Positions 36,576 through 45,290 of a stretch of DNA of 64,000 bases are shown here, one piece after another (the first letter of the stretch is position 1; every line of letters starts with the position of its first letter). The translations under genes were made by a program, and so were the position numbers. Origin of the DNA: an uncultured Candidatus Saccharibacteria bacterium (lineage in GTDB: Bacteria; Patescibacteriota; Minisyncoccia; Phycocordibacterales; Phycocordibacteraceae); the NCBI GenBank assembly GCA_964507275.1, contig CAZDPG010000001.1, forward strand, positions 547,555 to 611,554, read 5' to 3'. The notes below the pieces were generated by a model. It worked only from the letters and a program-made list of their open reading frames with translations. It was not told the DNA's origin and searched no databases.

Positions 36576-38735
36576 TTAGAATACTGAATCCGAAACAGGA
36601 GCTGATTTCAAAAGAGTCCCAAAAAATAATTCAGGATGAGAGGCGTACCACGCCGCGATACCATACTCCCAGTAGGCGAATTGGGGATCTTGACTAGGGT
36701 TTGCGAGAGCTGGGCCGCGTGGGTCATTCTTGTTCGTCCAATACAATAAGGAGTGAGGGGTGTAGATACCGATACTATCAGGTATACGCCACTCTGCTCG
36801 GAATATAGGTGATACCGAGGACGGAATTGTACTCGGTTCTCCGAAATAAGTCCGTGGGTATTTTGAGAGCGCATAGGCCATGATTTCATGCCACATAGGA
36901 GCAGCGATGAATCCAGCCACTGATTTCACCATGGGAGAATTATCGTTATTACCAGCCCACACGCCGATTGCGATGGAGGGGCTATACCCGACAATCCACG
37001 CATCACGAGTATCATCGGTCGTACCGGTCTTCACTGCGACGTCATATCCAGGGAAGGAAAGAGGGGAATTAAGAGGATATTCAGGCAAGCGTGCGACCGC
37101 ATCAGAGAGCATTGCGGATATATCGTTGGCTATAAGCTCTGGGAGCACCCGTGAAGATTCTTGTGTGTAACGAGCAATGATACCTCCTTGGGGATCATTG
37201 ATTTCAAGGATGCCAGTCGGCGTGTTGCGCTCGCCACTATTTGCGAAGACAGAATACGCACCAACAAGATCAAGGAGGCGTACTTCGCCACCGCCGAGCA
37301 CGATCGTCAGTCCGTATTGAGAGGCACTTCCTAATGTGCTGAGACCGAATGATTTTGCGAGACTTATGACATTACTCACACCAGCCAAGTAAAGGACTTT
37401 AAGGGCCGGTATGTTGATAGACTGCGCAAGCGCCGTTTCGAATGTCATTGGCCCGCGGAAGGCACCATCGTAGTTCATAGGTGCGTAGCAGGGAGAGGCA
37501 TTGTTCGCCGTCTCTGACGGCCTGCAGGCCGTTGAGAACTGTGTCGGAACGTCGAATATGACCGTATCACGCGTATAGCCGTGCATAAGCGCCGTTGCGT
37601 AGGCAAAAGGCTTCATCGTAGAACCAGGCTGTCGAAGCGCTAGACTGGCATTGTATTGGCCATCAATAGCGGTATCGAAGAAATCACGAGAACCCACCAT
37701 CGCGAGGATCTGTCCGGTCGATGGCTCAACTGCCGCGAGCGCGGCGTTCGAGGCGTTGAACTTCTCGACATTTTCAAGCGCGAAGCGATTCAAGATGGAT
37801 TCCGCCTTCACCTGAAGGTCAGCATCGAGCGTGGTTATGACCTTCATACCGGTGGTAAGAGCTTTTGGACCGTAGGTATTCTCAAGTTGTTTGAGGATGT
37901 AGAAGACAAAGTGCGGTGCGATGATGGACGTATGTCCTGCCGGGGCGAAATCCACCTGTTCATTCTTCGCACTCGTATATGAAGCTTCATCGATGAAGCC
38001 GAGCGTATGCATCCGATCAAGCACGAGATTTTTTCGCGCATCAAGCTCCTTCCGATGGGTGCCGTTTGGTGAATAGAAGGAAGGAGCTTGTGTCATAGCG
38101 GCGAGATATGCTGATTCTGCAAGGGAAAGGTCTTTTGAGGGGATACCGAAATAAGCCTCAGACGCCGCTTCTATGCCGTACAGAGTGCCGCCATACGGAA
38201 TGTTATTCAAATAAGCCTCAATAATCTGGTCCTTTGAATAGATTTGTTCGAGTTTTATTGCAAGCATCCATTCATGAATCTTACGGGTGATACTTTTCTC
38301 GTTGGTGAGAAGCGTATTTTTCACGACTTGCTGCGTAATGGTTGATCCTCCCTGAGCGAGTGCGCCGCCGAGCGCATCGACAATTATTGCGCGAATGATA
38401 GATGTGAAGCGAATACCACCATGCTCATAGAAGCTCGAGTCCTCAATAGCTATCGTTGCATGGACGGCATTCGGCGCTATCGAAGCGAGGGGGACTATTT
38501 CGCGTTTCGCGTCTCGATTGTAATCATAGAGAAGGACTTGTCCGGTGCGGTCATATATTTTTGTCGATTGATCTACCTGTCGGCTCGCAAATGAGCTTAT
38601 ATCCGGTACAGGAGCTATCGCGACAGCAACAATCACACCACCGGCGGCTATACAAGCGATGCCGAGGACGACGAGCAGGGAAGCGATGAGGGTGTGCCGC
38701 CGTAGTAATTGCGGACGATGGACCATGATATCCAT
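36576..38735 (-). CDS. class A penicillin-binding protein (transglycosylase/transpeptidase, PBP1A)
   Basis: GT51 motifs (EDSSFYEHGG, GGSTITQQ), transpeptidase SxxK (STMKP), and an N-terminal TM anchor. Confidence 0.9.
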   Translation of the reverse strand: MDIMVHRPQLLRRHTLIASLLVVLGIACIAAGGVIVAVAIAPVPDISSFASRQVDQSTKIYDRTGQVLLYDYNRDAKREIVPLASIAPNAVHATIAIEDSSFYEHGGIRFTSIIRAIIVDALGGALAQGGSTITQQVVKNTLLTNEKSITRKIHEWMLAIKLEQIYSKDQIIEAYLNNIPYGGTLYGIEAASEAYFGIPSKDLSLAESAYLAAMTQAPSFYSPNGTHRKELDARKNLVLDRMHTLGFIDEASYTSAKNEQVDFAPAGHTSIIAPHFVFYILKQLENTYGPKALTTGMKVITTLDADLQVKAESILNRFALENVEKFNASNAALAAVEPSTGQILAMVGSRDFFDTAIDGQYNASLALRQPGSTMKPFAYATALMHGYTRDTVIFDVPTQFSTACRPSETANNASPCYAPMNYDGAFRGPMTFETALAQSINIPALKVLYLAGVSNVISLAKSFGLSTLGSASQYGLTIVLGGGEVRLLDLVGAYSVFANSGERNTPTGILEINDPQGGIIARYTQESSRVLPELIANDISAMLSDAVARLPEYPLNSPLSFPGYDVAVKTGTTDDTRDAWIVGYSPSIAIGVWAGNNDNSPMVKSVAGFIAAPMWHEIMAYALSKYPRTYFGEPSTIPSSVSPIFRAEWRIPDSIGIYTPHSLLYWTNKNDPRGPALANPSQDPQFAYWEYGIAAWYASHPELFFGTLLKSAPVSDSVF

Positions 38736-39004
38736 ATGCTAACATGGCCGGTCTCGTTTTTAGCGAGACCGGCCATGTTTCTTCCATTCTTGTTTTCTAG
38801 AAGTCAGCCTCAGGCTCAAATTCGTCAGCTTCTTCTTCAAGAAGCTCGTCGTCTTCGCCACTATCGGCCAGTACTAAATCCTTATCATCGAATTCATCTT
38901 CGTTCATAGAGATACGGTCTACATTATGAGTTAATCCCCGCGGGGACCGTTCTATTTGAGCAAAAATCATACGTAATGCAAGTACTCTCACGCCGAGATG
39001 GGGA

Positions 39005-39481
39005 TTAGTGCTTCCTCGGTCCTGATGCAAGTGCGCTGATGCCAACCGCTATAGCGTCCAGTTCATCATCGAGACGCTTCTTCTCTGGAAGTGTCAGCAG
39101 ACGCGGCAGCATCTTTGCAACCGCTGATTTGTCCGCATTTCCATATCCAGTTACGGCGAGTTTCACCTGCTGAGGAGAGCATTCTATAACTGGGAGACCA
39201 GCGATCCCTGCTGCGGCAAGTACGACGCCGCGCGCTTCGGCAACACCGAGTGCTGTTGTTTTGTTCGCGCCGAAGAAAAGCGTCTCAATAGCGAGTGCAT
39301 CTGGCGCATAGGTGCTGATGGTATCTGTAATAGCACGCGATATATGTGCAAGACGTTTTTCGGGAGTTCCTTTCTCTGGGAGTACACAATCGCTCCAGAC
39401 AAGCACTGGTTTCGAAGGATTCCCTTCGACAACAGCGATACCGAGCCGATCGTAGCCCGGATCAATCGCCAGTATCCTCAT
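39005..39481 (-). CDS. ruvC: crossover junction endodeoxyribonuclease RuvC
   Basis: Start at MRILAIDPG. Catalytic D/E residues. 158 aa. Confidence 0.85.
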   Translation of the reverse strand: MRILAIDPGYDRLGIAVVEGNPSKPVLVWSDCVLPEKGTPEKRLAHISRAITDTISTYAPDALAIETLFFGANKTTALGVAEARGVVLAAAGIAGLPVIECSPQQVKLAVTGYGNADKSAVAKMLPRLLTLPEKKRLDDELDAIAVGISALASGPRKH

Positions 39482-40016
39482 AGCCACGCGCATTAGTGAA
39501 GACCTGTTGCACGTCTTCGTGCTCATCGAGTGCATCGAGGATGGTCATGAGCTTCTCCTCGTCAGCGCCAGCGATTTCATTCAGAGGCTCGTTCGGGATA
39601 TAGGCGTTGCCGACCTTAGCGAAGGCCCAGCTTGCCGCTCCCGGGGCAGATACCTCGACACCTTGCTTCGAGAGGAGGTGCTTTATTTCCGGCGTCGTCC
39701 GGTTCTTATTATCAGTGAGGGCATCAATAATGATGGCAACACCATTCGGGCCGTACGCCTCGTAGACGACCTGTTCGAGGTTACCAGAGTCTTTTGAAGC
39801 ACCTTTTGCGACAGCGCGTTCGATATTCTCCTTCGGCATATTCTCAGCTTTCGCGCGGGCGATAGCTGCCGAGAGTCCTGGGGCAGTGAGGATACCATTT
39901 GCTTTCTTCGCTTCAAGAGAGATCAGGCGTGCGTAGCGTGAGAAGACACGGCTCCGGGCGGCATCGGTAACACCTTTCTGCCGTTTGATCTGGGACCATT
40001 TACTATGTCCTGACAT
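39462..40016 (-). CDS. yebC: YebC/PmpR family DNA-binding transcriptional regulator
   Basis: MSGHSKWSQIKRQKG N-terminus. 184 aa, shorter than the usual ~240. Confidence 0.8.
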   Translation of the reverse strand: MSGHSKWSQIKRQKGVTDAARSRVFSRYARLISLEAKKANGILTAPGLSAAIARAKAENMPKENIERAVAKGASKDSGNLEQVVYEAYGPNGVAIIIDALTDNKNRTTPEIKHLLSKQGVEVSAPGAASWAFAKVGNAYIPNEPLNEIAGADEEKLMTILDALDEHEDVQQVFTNARGYEDTGD

Positions 40017-40101
40017 GCCTGCACTATAGCAAAAGGAGATTATAAAAGAAAAAGCCTGCGACGAGCGCAGGCTACCAGCAAGCTGGGTTTAAAAGAACGA
40101 T

Positions 40102-41109
40102 TCAGTCGATGATCTTGAACTTCCCCGTGGCGACAAGGGCGTCCGCCTCGGCTTTGGTGATCAACCACCTGAAGCCCCCGTGGTAGCCGATCTTTCCATC
40201 GACAGAAGACCAGAACGTCACATTTCCGAATCGAACGAACATCTCATCACCGATCTTTGACGTGACAGTGGTGAGGCCGCATTCCATCCGATTACTCTGG
40301 AGGAAGCAGGCCTGTGCCAGCCCGGCGCTGATAGGTTGGATCTTTGAGATCTTTCCGTGGATGAGCCGGGAGCCTTCGTACTCGTCGGTATACATCAGCA
40401 AGCGATTGGCTTCACCTCTGGTTGTCTTGATTCCATGCGCGCCGCCTTCGTGAGTCGTGTAGATGGCGATTTCTTCACTCCTCTCGCTTTCATCTCGCTC
40501 ATTGAGCGCCGCAAAGAGGAAAGCAAAGCCGACGATGACAAAGAGGATTGCCGCTAACGTTAACAGCCCACCAAGGTGACGTTTTTTCCACCAGAAAGCG
40601 AAACGCAGGCGCCAGTCTTCGGACAGTGCTTCGAGAAGCTTTTCTTCCGCGAACTCCTTCGGGTCTCGGGGTTTGGTGAAAAACTCTTCTTGCTCAGTGA
40701 ACGACATGAGACCCTCGGAGGTGAAGGGGACAAACAGCTCGCAATTCTTCTCCTGCTGAGCGGCATTCGAAAGTCCATGCTTTACATATCCGGATCGATA
40801 CTTCGACTCACGGTTGGAAAACACCAGAGTGTCTTGAACCCTGATCTTTCCCCCGATCGCATCACCGTACTCTTTCGCATCCTCGAAGTCGCTGCGTGCA
40901 CAGACCGCGAACGTGTCGCCGACGTCATTCCAGATGAAGAGGGGCGTCTGCAGTTTTTCGTCGACTCGGTTTATGACCTTAATCACCACGACGATAATCA
41001 CCGCGAGCGCAATCCATACAATCAATAACATCGTTGCCATTTCGTTCTCCTCGAAACTTTCAAAGAAATACTCAGCCCCTTTTCCCGTGGGAAACGACTG
41101 AATAATCAA
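40102..41109 (-). CDS. hypothetical membrane protein with two TM segments
   Basis: 335 aa. Possibly starts at MATMLLIVW (41040). No family recognised. Confidence 0.45.
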   Translation of the reverse strand: MIIQSFPTGKGAEYFFESFEENEMATMLLIVWIALAVIIVVVIKVINRVDEKLQTPLFIWNDVGDTFAVCARSDFEDAKEYGDAIGGKIRVQDTLVFSNRESKYRSGYVKHGLSNAAQQEKNCELFVPFTSEGLMSFTEQEEFFTKPRDPKEFAEEKLLEALSEDWRLRFAFWWKKRHLGGLLTLAAILFVIVGFAFLFAALNERDESERSEEIAIYTTHEGGAHGIKTTRGEANRLLMYTDEYEGSRLIHGKISKIQPISAGLAQACFLQSNRMECGLTTVTSKIGDEMFVRFGNVTFWSSVDGKIGYHGGFRWLITKAEADALVATGKFKIID

Positions 41110-41167
41110 GCAAGCCGTAGCAAGCGAGACGAGCGTATTCTACAAAATATGATGAATATGTCAAGTC

Positions 41168-41208
41168 TAAAAGAAAAAGGGGGACCGAAGTCCCCCTTGT
41201 GATCATCG
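41168..41208 (-). terminator. rho-independent terminator downstream of ruvB
   Basis: The minus strand reads CAAGGGGGACTTCGGTCCCCC followed by TTTTTCTTTT. Confidence 0.65.
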
Positions 41209-41446
41209 TTTGTGCCGCAGGAAAAGGCTTTTCCGTATAACCCGACTCGTGTCTTCTGTGACATCGAGTCGGTCAGGGGTTTCTAGCCCCATCAACAGAT
41301 TTTCCTTTCGACTTGTACCTGCCGTCCTTTGCTCGGTAAGACGCACCGTTATGTAGCTGTTATCAGCGCATACGTTTCTCCTCCTTCACATTACTCAGCC
41401 AACAATCTATAACACGTAAACGCAAATGTCAAGCACTCCATGGAGT

Positions 41447-42427
41447 CTAGCTCTGGAGATAATCGAGACCTCGTTTGGTAAGGACTCGCCCGCGCGGGGA
41501 GCGCTCGATGAAGCCGAGGCGGAGTAGATACGGCTCATACACGCTCTCCATAGTATCGGGCTCCTCATGGAGTGCTGCTGCGAGCGCCCGTACACCCGCT
41601 GGTCCGCCGTGGAAGCTCTTCTGAAGCGTATCGAGATAGCGTCGGTCGTCTTTGGTGAGACCGAAACTGTCGATGCCGAAGAGCTCACAAGCTTCATCAA
41701 GAAGCTCTGTCGAAAGGTTGCGTTCATGCACCTCAGAAAAATCACGGATACGCTTCAGAAGTGCATTGGCGATGCGTGGAGTTGCACGGCTGCGCGCAGC
41801 GATACTCTCGATGACCTCATCGGGGGCATTAAGATTAAGAAGACCTGCCGAACGGCGGATGATGTCTCGCAAATCTTCATCACTATAGAAATCGAGCTGG
41901 AACGTGCCGCCACCGAAGCGCGAGCGGAGCGGTCCGGAGAGGTTCGCGACGCGAGTGGTCGCACCGACGAGTGTGAAAGGGGGGAGCGCGAGCTCGACTG
42001 TACGTGCAGAGGGACCTTTACCAAGGATGATGTCGAGATGTCCAGACTCAAGTGCGGGGTAGAGGAGCTCCTCAATCTTGTGCGAGAGACGATGGATCTC
42101 GTCGATGAAGAGGACAGTATTCGGCTCGAGGTTCGTAAGGATGGCAGCAAGATCGGCAGCGCGCTCAATGGCGACGCCCGACGTGCTCTTCAGAGGGGAT
42201 TCGAGCGTCGTAGCGACGAGATACGCGAGCGTGGTCTTCCCGACGCCAGGTGGGCCATAGAAGAGGATGTGCTCAGGCATGCTCCCGCGTTTCTTTGCGG
42301 CATCAATAGCGATGCGCACGTTCGCTTTTATCTGTTTTTGACCGACATAGTCGTCCCATCGGCTCGGACGGAGCGCCGCATCAAGCTCGACAGGAAGTGA
42401 AGAGATTGCGTCGGATGGGGTTGACAT
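41447..42427 (-). CDS. ruvB: Holliday junction branch migration helicase RuvB
   Basis: Walker A GPPGVGKTTLA, Walker B LFIDEIHRL, sensor and winged-helix domains. Confidence 0.9.
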   Translation of the reverse strand: MSTPSDAISSLPVELDAALRPSRWDDYVGQKQIKANVRIAIDAAKKRGSMPEHILFYGPPGVGKTTLAYLVATTLESPLKSTSGVAIERAADLAAILTNLEPNTVLFIDEIHRLSHKIEELLYPALESGHLDIILGKGPSARTVELALPPFTLVGATTRVANLSGPLRSRFGGGTFQLDFYSDEDLRDIIRRSAGLLNLNAPDEVIESIAARSRATPRIANALLKRIRDFSEVHERNLSTELLDEACELFGIDSFGLTKDDRRYLDTLQKSFHGGPAGVRALAAALHEEPDTMESVYEPYLLRLGFIERSPRGRVLTKRGLDYLQS

Positions 42428-42660
42428 AAAAATGGGACAGTGCTAGCATACTAGCATAGTTTCTTGATCCTGTTCATACTCCTCTAGGCAAGGCTTGACG
42501 GCTTCGGGCGTTTCCCCAAGGACTTTCTGGTTCAGTACTTCGGTATTGTCGCTGGGAATCTCCTCAGGTGTCTCGTCCACCCAGCATTTATGCTGGTTTT
42601 GCCTTGAGGATTATGGACGGGATTTTCTGTTTTATACAAAAAACTAAAAAGCGAGCGAGC

Positions 42661-44331
42661 TTATCGTGGAAGGTCGACGGTCGCGAGGACTTCTGAGAGT
42701 GAGGTCACGCCAGCGAGAGCTTTCAGGATGCCGTCCTGCGCCATGGTGAGATACCCCTGCTTAGCGGCAAGTCTCTTTATGTCGTTTGCGGGCGGATTGT
42801 CACGGAGGAAGGTAGCGAGTTCGTCGTCCATGAAGATCGCTTCATAGAGCCCGACACGACCTTTATACCCGGTCTCATCTTCATCGGTCGGAGCAGGCTC
42901 CCAGACCGTTTCTATCTTCTCAGGGATCAAAGTCTTGTCCGTAAGCGATTCGAATACCTTTGCAATCATCGCCTTCTCATCGTCTGTGAGCGGGCGCTCT
43001 TTTTTCTTATCTGGATCAAGTCGGCGCAAGAGGCGCTGTGCCATGGAAACTGAGAGTGCCGAACCGAACGACTTCGGATCAGCACCGAGGTCGACCAGGC
43101 GGGGGAACGTGCCGGCGGCATCGTTCGTGTGGAGCGTCGAGAAGACGAAGTGGCCGGTGAGCGCGGCTTGGATAGCGATATTCGCAGTATCGCCGTCGCG
43201 GATCTCGCCGACCATGATGATGTCCGGGTCCTGGCGCACAATTGATTTGAGCCCTTCAGCAAAAGTGTATTTCTCCCCCTCGACTTGCGTCTGCACGATA
43301 CCATCGAGGTGGTATTCAATCGGGTCTTCTATCGTGATGATTTTTATCTCCGGCGCGTGGATCTCGCGCAAGAATGAATACAGCGTCGTCGTCTTGCCCG
43401 AGCCGGTCGGACCGGTGGTGAGTAGCATGCCGTTCGGTCGCCGTATCTCTGCCTCAAGTCGTGCAAGGAGTTTCGGATGGATGCCGAGCTCTTTGTAAGA
43501 GACTTTCGTCGATTCAGGATCGAGGATACGCATCACGATTGACTCGCCGTAATTGCCAGGGATGAAGGAGACGCGCATCTCAATCTCGCCCGTTGCCCGC
43601 GTGATGCTGAAGCGCCCATCCTGCGCGCGGTTCGTGACGTTCAGTTTCGCACCGGAGAGAAGCTTAATGCGGGCATTTAGCTGGTGGTACGTCTCCGCAT
43701 CAAATAGGTAAGCGTCAGCGAGGAGTCCGTCTATGCGTAGGCGCAAGAGAACACCATCTTCTCTTGGTTCGAAGTGTATGTCGGAGGAACGGAGGGCGAA
43801 TGCGCCCGCGAGGAGAACTTCGAGTATGTGCGAAACACGAGTCAGCGATTTTTCGGCGTTTGCGGCATCAAGTTCTCTTTTAAGAGCGCTTCGCGCGGCC
43901 CCTCGTTCGGTCAATTTCGTGTAGGTCTCATCGATGATGGAAAAGACGCCAGCCCTCGACTCGGTCGAGAGGGAGAGTTCACTGTACCGATCAAGCGCTT
44001 TCGCAAGACTCTTCCCAGAAACAAGAAACTGCTGCACGTTAAATCCGCGCTCCTGGAGATCCTCGATGAGTTTCGCGAGCGCAGGATTCTCGGGGCTGTG
44101 GACGGCGAGAGAAAGCTCTTTCGACGTCTTTGCGAAAGCTGCGGCTTGGGCAAGTCGCGCCTGCGGCTCAGGGATGATACGAAGAGCATCGCTATCAATC
44201 TCCTTAAGTGAGAGATCGACATACGTCATCCCATATTTCCCCGAGAGTATCTGGGCGACGTCTTCTTCTTCGCGCTCGCGTACTTCAGAGAGTTTCGAGT
44301 CAGTATTTTCAGTATCGAATGGCAATGGCAT
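42661..44331 (-). CDS. second GspE/PilB-family secretion ATPase (paralog)
   Basis: Start trimmed to MPLPFDTEN. GspE N-domain, Walker A TTGPTGSGKTTTLYSF. No tetra-Cys motif. Confidence 0.8.
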   Translation of the reverse strand: MPLPFDTENTDSKLSEVREREEEDVAQILSGKYGMTYVDLSLKEIDSDALRIIPEPQARLAQAAAFAKTSKELSLAVHSPENPALAKLIEDLQERGFNVQQFLVSGKSLAKALDRYSELSLSTESRAGVFSIIDETYTKLTERGAARSALKRELDAANAEKSLTRVSHILEVLLAGAFALRSSDIHFEPREDGVLLRLRIDGLLADAYLFDAETYHQLNARIKLLSGAKLNVTNRAQDGRFSITRATGEIEMRVSFIPGNYGESIVMRILDPESTKVSYKELGIHPKLLARLEAEIRRPNGMLLTTGPTGSGKTTTLYSFLREIHAPEIKIITIEDPIEYHLDGIVQTQVEGEKYTFAEGLKSIVRQDPDIIMVGEIRDGDTANIAIQAALTGHFVFSTLHTNDAAGTFPRLVDLGADPKSFGSALSVSMAQRLLRRLDPDKKKERPLTDDEKAMIAKVFESLTDKTLIPEKIETVWEPAPTDEDETGYKGRVGLYEAIFMDDELATFLRDNPPANDIKRLAAKQGYLTMAQDGILKALAGVTSLSEVLATVDLPR

Positions 44332-44434
44332 GTGCCCATGATAGCTGAGAAGTGGCGGGAAGAGCAGGGGGATTGACAAAATGGTGTAAATAGTGGTATT
44401 ATTTTTCCTAGGATACCACTCACAGGAGACAGAA

Positions 44435-44779
44435 ATGAAAACCACAATAGCTCTTTTCATCGCGGCATTGGTTGCCGCTGGTTGCTCCTCGCTCCCTCCG
44501 TCTGGGGGAACCTATGTGGGGACGTATCAGGAGCCGGTCGGGAAGGTGTGCGATCAGACGGGCTGGTGGTGTCAGCCGGTCTACGCACCGGTACAACCAG
44601 CTCAACCGCAAAAGAAAAATGATGAGAAACCGTCGTCGAATGTGCCGGCACAAGCCCCGGTATCGTCGACGTCGACCGTCATTTATTTCCAGTCAATCTG
44701 GTCAACTCCTCCGTTCTACTACACACCATCATCCAGCTCGTGCTGCTGGAACGGGAACAAGAAATGGTGGCGTTGGTAG
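44435..44779 (+). CDS. small lipoprotein, hypothetical
   Basis: MKTTIALFIAALVAAGC lipobox. Pro/Gln-rich, with a CCW C-terminus. Confidence 0.45.
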   Translation: MKTTIALFIAALVAAGCSSLPPSGGTYVGTYQEPVGKVCDQTGWWCQPVYAPVQPAQPQKKNDEKPSSNVPAQAPVSSTSTVIYFQSIWSTPPFYYTPSSSSCCWNGNKKWWRW

Positions 44780-44843
44780 TCCAGAGCCACACAGGCGCTC
44801 ATCCTTACCGGGTGAGCGCGCTTTCATTTTCAGCGGTACAATT

Positions 44844-45290
44844 ATGTCCATAATGGAAAAGACGGTCAGAACGCTTACAGAATTTGAGGAGGAAGCGGCG
44901 CGTTTCGCAATGTCGCTTTCGAAGTGTACGGCAGGAGCTACGCTCGTGACGCTCTCCGGAGAGCTTGGAGCGGGGAAGACTGCGTTCGTGAAAGCGGTCG
45001 CCCGAGCGTGGGGCATCAGAGAGATAGTAAACAGCCCGACATTCGTGCTTGAGAAGGTATATCTGCTTAATAATGGCGAACCATTCGAACGACTCGTCCA
45101 CATCGACGCCTACCGTCTTGAGTCAGGAGAAAGCATGAAAGCGCTTGGGTTCGATGCACTCATGCAGGACAGAGGGAATGTCATTATGCTCGAATGGCCA
45201 GAACGGGTACAGGATTCACTTCAAGAACCAACCATCCGGATTTCTATTGAAACGCATCCAGATGATTCCCGCACGATTTCCTATGGCTAA
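44844..45290 (+). CDS. tsaE: tRNA threonylcarbamoyladenosine biosynthesis protein TsaE
   Basis: P-loop LSGELGAGKTAFVKAVA plus SPTFVL and HIDAYRL motifs. Confidence 0.8.
   Translation: MSIMEKTVRTLTEFEEEAARFAMSLSKCTAGATLVTLSGELGAGKTAFVKAVARAWGIREIVNSPTFVLEKVYLLNNGEPFERLVHIDAYRLESGESMKALGFDALMQDRGNVIMLEWPERVQDSLQEPTIRISIETHPDDSRTISYG

Noticed and set aside
38797-39045. 82-aa ORF ending in a poly-acidic tail between PBP1A and ruvC
   Set aside because: Overlaps the ruvC 3' end. Only the short acidic C-terminal part looks protein-like. Insufficient evidence.
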